The notes under the pieces are model-generated. The model made no database searches. It saw only the letters and a list, made by a program, of their open reading frames with translations, and had not been told where the DNA came from. The position numbers were made by a program, and so were the translations under genes. Shown here piece after piece: positions 46,376 through 55,758 of a stretch of DNA of 55,767 bases (its first letter is position 1; each line of letters opens with the position of its first letter). Origin of the DNA: a virus (lineage: Duplodnaviria > Caudoviricetes); the IMG/VR virus record IMGVR_UViG_3300021197_000751, positions 1-55,767 of that record. One strand, 5' to 3'.

Positions 46376-47098
46376 TCACCATTGTAGCATTTCAAGTAGC
46401 GTTTTTTCAACATTCCATCCTATATTTGTAGCCATCATAGATACGCGGCAAGGAATACCCGCTTTTTGTAGTCTGCGCATAGCAGGTCTATGCACATCGA
46501 AGACTTTGTGTTCCCGAAGTCTGTTTGATTGCCAAAGCATGTTTGCATTGTCATCCCACCACTCATCTGCCTTGTTCGCAATAATCCACACTTGTTTAGG
46601 GGAATAGCGCTTACCTTTCAATCTTGTCGATAATTTACGATATTTCCAACGCTTCTCAATCAAAGCATCAACAAGAAACTCCAAACCGCCAACAACATCA
46701 ATCACTTGAGAACCATTCCCTGTTAATGCGCGAGTGTCAGTCATGAAAATAACAATCTCAACTTGTCTATCCACCATATCATCAACCCAAAGGTTCCAAA
46801 AACGCTGTTGACCTCCAATATCTGCTGAATGCACGACTCTTTTCTCACCTTTCCAACGAAGACGCTTTCTTGTGGCGCGCGGAAGCACATGTCCTCCTTG
46901 TATCAGTCTTTTAGGATGCATAGTTCGTTCTTCTACCTCTTCCATCTCTCCGGGGGTGCGCATAAACAAATCAAGCGTCGTCTTACCGACTAATGTTGGA
47001 CCATACACACCTATTCGTCGCGGTTTAAGAAAATTATACAGTTCTTTACCATATACCACCGCACCCATAAGTGCGCTACCTGCTAACGCTACTGCCAT
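46376..47098 (-). CDS. Ras-superfamily (Arf-like) small GTPase with an N-terminal hydrophobic helix
   Basis: G1 IGVYGPTLVGKTT, candidate G2 Thr in ERT, G3 DIGGQQRFWNLW, VIFMTD, G4 IIANKAD and G5-like MAT. Confidence 0.88.
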   Translation of the reverse strand: MAVALAGSALMGAVVYGKELYNFLKPRRIGVYGPTLVGKTTLDLFMRTPGEMEEVEERTMHPKRLIQGGHVLPRATRKRLRWKGEKRVVHSADIGGQQRFWNLWVDDMVDRQVEIVIFMTDTRALTGNGSQVIDVVGGLEFLVDALIEKRWKYRKLSTRLKGKRYSPKQVWIIANKADEWWDDNANMLWQSNRLREHKVFDVHRPAMRRLQKAGIPCRVSMMATNIGWNVEKTLLEMLQW

Positions 47099-47099
47099 C

Positions 47100-47336
47100 T
47101 CACGAAACCCAACCTACGACTTTATCTTTAGCCCATTCAACAGTATTTTCCCATACGCTGAAATCAGTTCCATATTCAAACCAAGAAACGCCTAATCCTG
47201 TTCCTGCGGCAAGTAAAATAGCGAATAATAATCCTTTTCCGCGCTCGTAGTAAGTGTCAAGTGTGTTTTGAGTGTGCAAAGCGCGTAAGGTTGCCTCCGT
47301 AGCATCATCGCTTGGTGTCTTAAACAACCAACCCAT
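47100..47336 (-). CDS. Small single-TM membrane protein
   Basis: Hydrophobic segment LLFAILLAAGTGLGVSW. Adjacent to the GTPase start. Confidence 0.75.
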   Translation of the reverse strand: MGWLFKTPSDDATEATLRALHTQNTLDTYYERGKGLLFAILLAAGTGLGVSWFEYGTDFSVWENTVEWAKDKVVGWVS

Positions 47337-47341
47337 TACCC

Positions 47342-47881
47342 TCACTCCTTTTTCTTCTTGGCGAATGTCCCATCAGCCTTTCTTGCTTTACCTGTTGCAC
47401 CTAAAGCCATTGGTTTCTTCTTATCTGCCACATGAGATGGTGCGTTGACCGCTTCTTCTGCCGCATCTTGCATCTCTTGTTGCAAAGCCAAGTATTGAAC
47501 CACTTCGGGGTCTTTCTCAAGTTGGTCAAGTTGATGAGAGAACATCATTTCCTGCTTTTTCATCTCAATCTCCATCTGCTTCTGCGCGAATCCCATCTGT
47601 TGCTTTTGCATTTGACGCGACATGGTTTTCTGCATGTTCGCGAGGCTCGCCTTTTGGTCCATTGAGTCTTGAGCGAGCATTTTCCAAAGGAAATAACCCA
47701 TACCCTGTAATGTGAACGCGCCCATCGTGTAAGTTAGCGCGTTTGTTCGCACTTCATCATCAACGAGCCACAATTCTGCATCGAATACACCGACAGCGCA
47801 CCCAACTAAAATTGACACGAATGATATGAGTCCAAGTATTCTTAATTCATCTGCATTTTGTGGATTACTCGCCGGTTGCAT
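47342..47881 (-). CDS. Membrane protein with two TM helices and a Q/M/K-rich coiled coil
   Basis: Two hydrophobic segments followed by a long helical region. Likely start is MQPASN after GAGGG. Confidence 0.8.
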   Translation of the reverse strand: MQPASNPQNADELRILGLISFVSILVGCAVGVFDAELWLVDDEVRTNALTYTMGAFTLQGMGYFLWKMLAQDSMDQKASLANMQKTMSRQMQKQQMGFAQKQMEIEMKKQEMMFSHQLDQLEKDPEVVQYLALQQEMQDAAEEAVNAPSHVADKKKPMALGATGKARKADGTFAKKKKE

Positions 47882-48019
47882 AGTGTTCCCTCGGTTATGC
47901 GGTGAACTGTGCATCAAATAAAGGTAATTGATTCACCTTTTCCGGTTTTCCTGTTTCCTGTCGGGAAATGTAATGAAATATATTCCTTTTTCTTAAGGGC
48001 AACCGGAAAAACCGAAAAC

Positions 48020-51000
48020 TCATTGGTTATTCTGCCGTGGGTTTGGTTGTGTAAGTGGGTTAACCACTTGAACGAAACCTGTTTGTTGACCTTCTTGGTT
48101 TGTAGCGTCTTGTCGCATAGGTTGAGGTGGATTTTGCAAAAAGGCCGTTTGTCCGGGTTGCTGTGCCGCTTCTTGTTGCGCTTGACGAACTTGCACCATT
48201 TCTTTTTGTCTCTTGTCGTATTCAGCATATCTGTCATCCATATCCTGTTGTTGAGTTATTGGACCATGAACTCGCACCGTTTGTGGAGTTTCACCTGTAA
48301 TGTGTTGCTTTGTAGCGTTCATCATTCTTTCTGCAAATGCTTTCTTTTCCGCATCAACATCTTCTTTGGTTCGTGGACCTTGATTCGTTGCACTTGGACC
48401 GGGCGTTGGCAGGGCTAACCCCGATTCGTCGTCTTTGTCATAGCCGAAGCGTTGTTGTTGAGTAGCGACTTTGCCTAAACCGTTAGCAATATCAATCTCT
48501 CTTTGCTGTGCTGTGTTTGTAGGCATCCAACTCGGATGGATTGATTTTATCATCTGCACATCCCCGATAAACTCCTTCTTCAACTCCGGGTCTTGGTCAA
48601 ACAATTGTTTCAAATCCGTTAAGTTATCCAAACCATACTGTTCCGCCATGTCGTGCATTTTGTTTTCCAAATACAAGTTAGGGAAATGATACATATCGAA
48701 GAAGTTATTCGCGTTATCAACAATCTGTTGTGCGTCATTGTATGACATATTGAACTTATCATCATGCTTGGTTTCTCTCAATTGTTGATTTGATGCGATA
48801 ACATTCATCACTTTATTTATGAAGGTGTTGTCATCCGAAGCCGGTGCTACTGCATTCAAATCAGCATCTTGTTTTCTCTCGTCAAAATAATCTTCAAATG
48901 AGAACTTTTCTAACGCTAAGTCTTGATTGTGACTCTCCGAATGTGGCATTCTATTGATGATGTGATAATTGTTCAACACATCCTTTTCATCAATATCTTC
49001 TATGGGGTTGCCATTTCTATCAACAATCATCTTTGCAATGTTGGCATCCAACTGTGACTGTTGCTCTCTATTCAAACCTCCTTGCGCGTAATCTTCTATC
49101 GTCATAGGTTCACCATCCTTATTCAGTATTTTCTCAATGTCGGGTAGCATATGGTCTTGACCGGGCAAGTTTTGTATCTTGAAAAATGCGATTTTAGCGC
49201 GCATCTTCGCCATCTCCTTATGTTCATTCATTGCTACATCGCTGATAGCGGTAGGTATTACCATATGAAGCGCGTCTTTCTTACCTCTCAAAACATCACT
49301 TTTAGTTCCGTCATCATTGGTAATCTTCTTTGAAGTTCGCAACCAATTCTGTGCGTTATCCGAATGTTTGTCAAGGTTAGGGTGTAATACATTCCCTTTC
49401 GGTAAATCCTTAATGTAATCATCATCAGCAGTTTTCGCGCCTGTGAGTTCTCTCATCTCAAGATAATTCATATTTGGTTTCAATTTACCACCTTGACTCA
49501 CCATCAAAGGTTTCTCCCCCGACTCTATCAACTCATCAAAGTCTTTCAAGAAAGACATAATTTGACCATCTTCTTCTTCTTTAATTTCTTCCCATGTCTT
49601 ACTTGATAACATGTTGAAGGCTGATTCAATACGGTTTCGGCGCTCATCTTTACCGGACTTGAAGAAATTACGAACTCTTTCGGGTGTTTTATAATGCGCT
49701 ATATCAACGCTACCAAAACTGTCGAACGCGTCTTCATGCATGTCCTCCCATTGCGTCACCACTCTACCTCCTTTGTGTGATAATAGCGGTGTAGTCCAAG
49801 AAGGCGTTCTATACATGCTATTCATATATTTCTTCATCGCTTTATCTTTATCTTCACCTGCGGGCATCTTCTCGATTTGTTCAAGCATTGATGTTCCTTG
49901 AGAAAGCAAATCCCTTTGCTCGCTCTTTTTGTTTGTCTCATTTGTTAGCATCACTTGAACATCATGAAACAAATCATGAACTTCGTGATTGTCATCATCA
50001 AATGCAGCATAATGATGCGCTAACAAACGATTACACTTCTTTTCAAGGGAATCATATAGAGTTCCGGTTTCAACACCATTCTCGTCTTTTGTCGCTTTCT
50101 TGTGAAGTCCAAAACGCTTTGCCATCTTTTTGATGTTCTTAATTTGCTTCTCTAACGACTGTCTACCTGCTTTCTGCCGCGCATCTCTTAACACCATAGA
50201 AGGCATTCCTAATCCGGGCAATCTTTGTTGCGGGTTAGAGCGAATTGGAATTGGTTCGATTACTTTACCTTGACCGAACTCATCTTTTCCTTTTCCTTTT
50301 TTACCTTCTTCGTCATCTGCATGAAGATGCTTGAGTCCGCTTAGAATGTTTGAAGTTCGCTGTTTATTTTCAATAGCGGCTTTTGCTCGCTCAAGGTCTT
50401 CGCGTGTATGAATGTCCGGCAACTCACCATCTTCTATACGACCTAATAGCAAATCAAGCGGTCTTATACTATCGGAACTGAACATATCGTTGATGATATT
50501 GTCACCCATATCGCTACCTGTTCTCGGAGGACCGGATAACAGTCTACTTGGGTCGGTGATGGGTTCTACATCATCTACATCATCTACATCTTCACCCATC
50601 TGCCTAATTCGACTCATGTTAGCAATCTTAGCGATTTTTTCAGCATCCATAGCGGTTCCTACTTTGTGCGGGTGATGCTCAATATGTTCAAGTAAATGTT
50701 CATCGTTTTGGTCTACGGTTCCATGACCTAAACATGAACCACAAATACCATCCGATACATATCCATTAACTTGGTTATCCCAATGTTGACAATCGGGACA
50801 CGCGTATTCGTTATGGTCTTGTGGTGAAGTTTCGCAACCGTTTGCGTCGTTAAACGAATCAAACGATTGATACTCAAATGGACGACCGTGTTGACTAATC
50901 CATCCTCTCATTGCCCTTGATGAAGCAGTTAACCCATGTAGTTCATTATTATGCGCTTTAGCGTAAGCAACCAACTCATCTTTTGTCAAACATGCATTAC

Positions 51001-54000
51001 CTCCGCAAGTTCCACATCGCGATAACGAACCTGTCGGATTTGAATAGTTTTTCTTATCATTATGCACATACCTTCGATTTGCTTTGACCTTATCCCTCTC
51101 GCTCATATTAACGGTATCATCTTTGAACTCACTTTCTATATCTTCACTTGTCTTTAGCGCCGTTTCAGCAGAAGTTAAATCGCTTATTATTTCGGGTGTA
51201 ATGTCAACACCTTTCTCCCTCAACATGGCTAATGCATCATCAAGATTTGTTGGTAAAGGTGCGTGATAACCTCCGCCCGCGTAGTTGATTGCCGAACCTA
51301 ATGTTTCACCGATTCTCCCTCTTAATCCCCCTTTAGCGTCTAACGGACTTCGGCTTACTTCTCTTGATGCTTTAGGTCTACCTGCTTTGTCAAGAGCGAA
51401 GTTGAATCTGTGTCGCTTATTCATACCGTTCTTCTCTTGATATACATCTTTGTGTAGCGCATCAACCGCTTCGGATAATCTACCTTCTTCGGGATTTTTA
51501 CCTTGCGTTTTCATCATCTCACTAATTTGAGGATAAAGTGAAGCAAGTGTAGCGATGTGATTGTTATCAACAGGGAACTTGACTTTTGATTGCGCGAGTT
51601 GAACTTCTTCTTTTAGCGTATTATGTTTCTCTTTAGACTTTCTGTATCTGTTTAATTCAACACCATACGCGCCATGACTGTCGCTGTTCTTACAGTATTC
51701 AGCGGCTTTATCTCTCAATCGCTTCAAACCACCATTCATTGATTTTGTTTGCCCTTTCAAATCTCCGGGTTTCCTCATTTCGCCGTCTTCATAGAACATG
51801 TGTCCTAATATAGCATACGCCTTAAGCCCGTATTTCTTTTTCAACAACTCTTTGACTTGCGGTTCGGGCATACCTTGTAGATTTGGTAATTCTTCAGCGG
51901 CTTGTTTGATAAATTGCAATCGGCGGTTCAAGTTCTCTATCTCGTCAAACTTCATTCGACCCTCCCACGAAGCCATTTTGGTATTGTGACCCAAAATGGT
52001 CTTATCATCCGACCCATCTCGCTTTATCGTTCTGTCATTAGCGAACTTATTGTAATCCTTCATTGCTTTTCTATACGCAGGATGACCCGATGCTTTAACC
52101 AAGTCGTTTATCATATGTCTTTTGCCTTTACTTGACATTTTTCCATCATACAATAAAGGTGTGCGCAAATCTCTTCGTGCCATAGTGAGCAAGTTAAACG
52201 CTCCTAAAATGTCTTTCTTTTGATTTTTAATGAGTTGTTGTAAATTGTCGTGCGCATCTCTTCTTTCAGTCCCGCTTGTGGACGGGAATGCATACTTCCA
52301 TGTTTCTGCGGCTAATGGGTTTCTTTCAATATCAGCCGCTATTCCCTTTGGTCTTGCTTGAGTCCATCTCGCGGGAACGCCATACTTTGATGATATGTCT
52401 TCGGTAGCGCTACCAATTCTTTTTAACGCATTCTGTTCGATAACATATCGAATGGTATTCATATCCATGTTAGCCAAATCTCTATCAGTTCTCATCCAAT
52501 CTTCTTCTTCATCACCGCGCCCTTTCATGTCGTGATAGATGTTAACAAGTGATGTTTCCACTCCGCGTCCAAGCGGCATATGCCCGTTCGCTTCTGTTCC
52601 GAGTTCACCCAAAGGAACGCCAAATAAAGAAGGAACTTTCATCAAGTCATACAAATAAGGCGACCGTATTCCTCCTTTACCGCCTCTATTGTCACCAATG
52701 TTTCCGTGTCGTTCCGGTGAACCAACACAGTTAACACAAGTATGTTCTCCTTCACCTAATTTCTTCTCCCTCAAGGCTTTATGTTGCTCAATTGATTTAG
52801 ACGCGTGATTCATATCACTCATCTCTTTAGTGTGTCTTTTTCTCATAAAGTTGAATAGCATTTTATTGATTGAATCGTTTTCTAAGTCGCTACTGCTACC
52901 CATTTGATTCATCATTTTGATAGCACCTTGATTTAGGCTGTCATAATTCTCACCATTACCAAACGCTTGCGCTACTTGGTCTAAGAAAGCCAATGGGCTA
53001 ATTCCTAATTCGCGAATGTTTTCGCGCAATTCATTGTTTTGAGTCAATCTTGTCTTGAGCCAATTCTCGTCCAAGTTCGCGGCGGTCATAGCGTCTACTC
53101 TTGTGTCTTGTTTTGTTTTTGGTCCATACGGCCTCTTTGACGGTGGCTTCATCAAAGCGAGCAAATCACCCTCATTGTGAATCAAACCTGCATCTTGACC
53201 TGCCTCATTCAGTCGTCTTTTAGCGGCTTGAACAATGTGATGAGTGCCGAGAATAGTTTGCATGAAACTTGCTAATTTCTTCTCGCGTTGAGCCGGTGTT
53301 AGCACTTCGCCTGTCTTTCTGTCAGCGTAAAGGTAATGACCTTCGGGAACATCGGGGATGTTGAGAGATTGACCCATTTCTTCTTCTTCTTCTGTCTTGT
53401 CACCTTCTTCATTTTCAAGACCTTTTAGTGCAATAATCCTACCTACTTCTTTGTTGTATTCATCTCTTGAGATTCTACCCGCGTCAAGCAATCGCTTATT
53501 GTATTCGACTTCGTTCATCATCACTTTATGCTCAAAAGCCGCTAATTTGTCCTTCTTTGCTTGTGTGAATAACGAACCTTTACCTGTTCGCATAAACTCC
53601 TTTAGCGCTCTATGATGTTTGCGAGCCTTGCGCTCTAAGAATTGTCGTCGGCCTAACTTTGACATACCTGCAAGGTCTTCTTGTGTCACATCACCATAAA
53701 TCAATTTTGTTTTAGAGTCCCTACCTAATAGCGCATCTAAATTGCTACTCATAGGAGTTCCGGCTCTACCTCCACCTAATGCTTCTTGGGTAGAAATAGA
53801 CCCTGCTTTGCGGTTTTGAGTATCTAAATCGGTTCTGTCTGCTTCGCGTCCTGTATCGAGTCCCGACTCTTCCGCTACATCAACAATACCTGTCCTTTCA
53901 AACACCGTTCTCATTATATCTCCGTTTGATTTAATTGCAGGGTGTATGTTATCCATACCGCGCTTGTTAGTGTCTACATGATGCGCGACAGCGCTCGCAA

Positions 54001-55483
54001 TTGCCGCTTGGTATTGTGGATTAAAGGGGTTTGTTGGCTCTCCACCAAGACCCGCTATTCCCGAAAACGGACCGACCAAAAGAGCGTCCGGTGCGTTGAC
54101 TTTGATTGGAGTTTTGATTCCTAATTGATTGCCTATTGCTTTCCATGTAGGTGTCATAATTGGGTCGCTACCACTTTCATTGGTTCGACCAAACTCTAAC
54201 TTTTGTCGCCCACCTACACCGATAGCGTTGAGAGCCTTAGACGCGTGAGTATTCATGACAGTCTGCATTTGGTCATACACTTTTTGTGTCAAGTAAGCAT
54301 CGGATGAAAACTTTCTTTCTACGGGTTCTTCACCCATACTCTCGCGTCTTTTGTTTTCTTCTTCATGCCCTGCTTGCTCTCTACGACGCTCCGTTTCTAC
54401 CATTCGCTGTATAGTGTCAATGAGTGCATCTTTGGTAGCGCTTTTAGCGGGAGTAAAAGTATCTCTATCGTCATCGTCGGTGCGAACAGGGTGTTGTTCA
54501 AACATACTTTGGTATGCTTGGTCAAGCGCGCTTTTTGATTCTGTATAGTATTGCTCGTCGCGGAGAGGGTCGTATGGTGGAACATCCTCAAACCTTCTGT
54601 TGCTCTCATCACGCGCTTCTGCTTCGTCCGATTCCGCATCTGCTCGGTCTTGCACCTTATATCCGCGCTGTCGTCGTCGGAATGACTCTTCATCGAGCGC
54701 ATCTTGCAAATCAAAAGAACCTGTCGCTGATGCTTCATTGTAAGCCATACCTGCCGCTTGAAACGCAGGGTGAACATCCTCACCATCACGACCACTTTCC
54801 CAATCTAAAGCCTCCATAGCCTTGTCCGGTCGCTTTACTTTGTATTGGTCGAGCATACCGAGGTGGTGAAACATTTGTTCATCCTTGACTGTGGCCTCAT
54901 AAGGCGTAGTGTCTAATCCCTGCTCATCTGCATAAGTAGTAAAGACAGCACTCATAGCGGGAGTGATGAATGGTGTTTGGTCATGCTGTCGTTCAAACGC
55001 GTCTGTGTCAGCATCAGCGCCTAAACTTTCAGCAAACGCTTCTCCGATAACCTGTGAGGCATCTTGAAGTGCTTCTTCGTGAGTCGCGCCAAACGACAAC
55101 AACTCTTCTATGTGGTCAAACATCATTTGTTGGACTTGCGGTTGTCGTTCTTCGTTAGCCTTGACATGCCCCGGTCTATCGTCGGGTTCTTCTTCGGGTT
55201 CTTGCGTCTCCGGTTCTTCTTCTTCGGGGGGCGCTTCGCTTTCTTTAGCCTCGCGAGCCGCTTTGAATCGCTCTCTACCTTGCGCTCGGAACCGCGCCTG
55301 TGCTTCTCTCTTGGCCTTTTCATCCGCGCTCAACACCTTGACTTTCTTCTTGTCTTGGGGTGGGTCGGGCTTGAACTCATCGTTTGTCATCGGCCCATAG
55401 TCAATATCGTCGTATGGGTCGTCTGCATCGCCTTTGGCTTTGACAAAAACATAGCCTTTGGGCGCGTCACGCTTGGAGAGCAT
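48020..55483 (-). CDS. Giant (about 2490 aa) charged protein with CxxC clusters
   Basis: Long open frame. Likely start is MLSKRDAP at 55483 (the track uses 55594). Contains CVNC, CGTCGG, CPDC and CGSCLGHG. Confidence 0.85.
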   Translation of the reverse strand: MLSKRDAPKGYVFVKAKGDADDPYDDIDYGPMTNDEFKPDPPQDKKKVKVLSADEKAKREAQARFRAQGRERFKAAREAKESEAPPEEEEPETQEPEEEPDDRPGHVKANEERQPQVQQMMFDHIEELLSFGATHEEALQDASQVIGEAFAESLGADADTDAFERQHDQTPFITPAMSAVFTTYADEQGLDTTPYEATVKDEQMFHHLGMLDQYKVKRPDKAMEALDWESGRDGEDVHPAFQAAGMAYNEASATGSFDLQDALDEESFRRRQRGYKVQDRADAESDEAEARDESNRRFEDVPPYDPLRDEQYYTESKSALDQAYQSMFEQHPVRTDDDDRDTFTPAKSATKDALIDTIQRMVETERRREQAGHEEENKRRESMGEEPVERKFSSDAYLTQKVYDQMQTVMNTHASKALNAIGVGGRQKLEFGRTNESGSDPIMTPTWKAIGNQLGIKTPIKVNAPDALLVGPFSGIAGLGGEPTNPFNPQYQAAIASAVAHHVDTNKRGMDNIHPAIKSNGDIMRTVFERTGIVDVAEESGLDTGREADRTDLDTQNRKAGSISTQEALGGGRAGTPMSSNLDALLGRDSKTKLIYGDVTQEDLAGMSKLGRRQFLERKARKHHRALKEFMRTGKGSLFTQAKKDKLAAFEHKVMMNEVEYNKRLLDAGRISRDEYNKEVGRIIALKGLENEEGDKTEEEEEMGQSLNIPDVPEGHYLYADRKTGEVLTPAQREKKLASFMQTILGTHHIVQAAKRRLNEAGQDAGLIHNEGDLLALMKPPSKRPYGPKTKQDTRVDAMTAANLDENWLKTRLTQNNELRENIRELGISPLAFLDQVAQAFGNGENYDSLNQGAIKMMNQMGSSSDLENDSINKMLFNFMRKRHTKEMSDMNHASKSIEQHKALREKKLGEGEHTCVNCVGSPERHGNIGDNRGGKGGIRSPYLYDLMKVPSLFGVPLGELGTEANGHMPLGRGVETSLVNIYHDMKGRGDEEEDWMRTDRDLANMDMNTIRYVIEQNALKRIGSATEDISSKYGVPARWTQARPKGIAADIERNPLAAETWKYAFPSTSGTERRDAHDNLQQLIKNQKKDILGAFNLLTMARRDLRTPLLYDGKMSSKGKRHMINDLVKASGHPAYRKAMKDYNKFANDRTIKRDGSDDKTILGHNTKMASWEGRMKFDEIENLNRRLQFIKQAAEELPNLQGMPEPQVKELLKKKYGLKAYAILGHMFYEDGEMRKPGDLKGQTKSMNGGLKRLRDKAAEYCKNSDSHGAYGVELNRYRKSKEKHNTLKEEVQLAQSKVKFPVDNNHIATLASLYPQISEMMKTQGKNPEEGRLSEAVDALHKDVYQEKNGMNKRHRFNFALDKAGRPKASREVSRSPLDAKGGLRGRIGETLGSAINYAGGGYHAPLPTNLDDALAMLREKGVDITPEIISDLTSAETALKTSEDIESEFKDDTVNMSERDKVKANRRYVHNDKKNYSNPTGSLSRCGTCGGNACLTKDELVAYAKAHNNELHGLTASSRAMRGWISQHGRPFEYQSFDSFNDANGCETSPQDHNEYACPDCQHWDNQVNGYVSDGICGSCLGHGTVDQNDEHLLEHIEHHPHKVGTAMDAEKIAKIANMSRIRQMGEDVDDVDDVEPITDPSRLLSGPPRTGSDMGDNIINDMFSSDSIRPLDLLLGRIEDGELPDIHTREDLERAKAAIENKQRTSNILSGLKHLHADDEEGKKGKGKDEFGQGKVIEPIPIRSNPQQRLPGLGMPSMVLRDARQKAGRQSLEKQIKNIKKMAKRFGLHKKATKDENGVETGTLYDSLEKKCNRLLAHHYAAFDDDNHEVHDLFHDVQVMLTNETNKKSEQRDLLSQGTSMLEQIEKMPAGEDKDKAMKKYMNSMYRTPSWTTPLLSHKGGRVVTQWEDMHEDAFDSFGSVDIAHYKTPERVRNFFKSGKDERRNRIESAFNMLSSKTWEEIKEEEDGQIMSFLKDFDELIESGEKPLMVSQGGKLKPNMNYLEMRELTGAKTADDDYIKDLPKGNVLHPNLDKHSDNAQNWLRTSKKITNDDGTKSDVLRGKKDALHMVIPTAISDVAMNEHKEMAKMRAKIAFFKIQNLPGQDHMLPDIEKILNKDGEPMTIEDYAQGGLNREQQSQLDANIAKMIVDRNGNPIEDIDEKDVLNNYHIINRMPHSESHNQDLALEKFSFEDYFDERKQDADLNAVAPASDDNTFINKVMNVIASNQQLRETKHDDKFNMSYNDAQQIVDNANNFFDMYHFPNLYLENKMHDMAEQYGLDNLTDLKQLFDQDPELKKEFIGDVQMIKSIHPSWMPTNTAQQREIDIANGLGKVATQQQRFGYDKDDESGLALPTPGPSATNQGPRTKEDVDAEKKAFAERMMNATKQHITGETPQTVRVHGPITQQQDMDDRYAEYDKRQKEMVQVRQAQQEAAQQPGQTAFLQNPPQPMRQDATNQEGQQTGFVQVVNPLTQPNPRQNNQ

Positions 55484-55615
55484 AAGACAGGCGAGGAAGT
55501 GAATGCCCTTGAATCTAACGGTCAAGGCAAAAAACGATGCTGTGAGCGCGGTTAGGATTTTTTCATTTGTAATTTTTTTTTCTGTATTTCGCATGGGGTT
55601 AAGCAGGGCAAAAAT

Positions 55616-55758
55616 GCGCTATCGCTACCGCTACTCCGGCTAAGCGCTATCCCGCTACGGGCAATAAGCGCTATGTCGCTATCGCTATCGGTGTCGCTAT
55701 CTAAGTTTCAGTAGCGCTTATGCACACCTTTCACATACCGCTACAATAGCGGGTAGCG
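55616..55758. repeat. Dense CGCTA/TAGCG pentamer array in non-coding DNA
   Basis: I count 13 copies in about 145 bp, next to a T-rich tract at about 55557-55582. Confidence 0.85.

Noticed and set aside
47914-48237. 107-aa minus-strand ORF
   Set aside because: It is an alternative frame over the 3' end of the giant gene and the repeat-rich intergenic region.
26300-55483. Either giant protein as a virion RNA polymerase
   Set aside because: I found no DxDGD or single-subunit polymerase motifs by eye. Structure prediction could still overturn this.
12532-55555. Plus-strand ORFs such as 12532..12975, 14010..14474, 18857..19294, 37149..37592, 47909..48418 and 55064..55555
   Set aside because: They lie antisense to well-supported genes and have no recognisable motifs. 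Only 44400..44714 was kept.
55616-55758. CRISPR array
   Set aside because: The repeat unit is only 5 bp with irregular short gaps, and there is no repeat-spacer structure.
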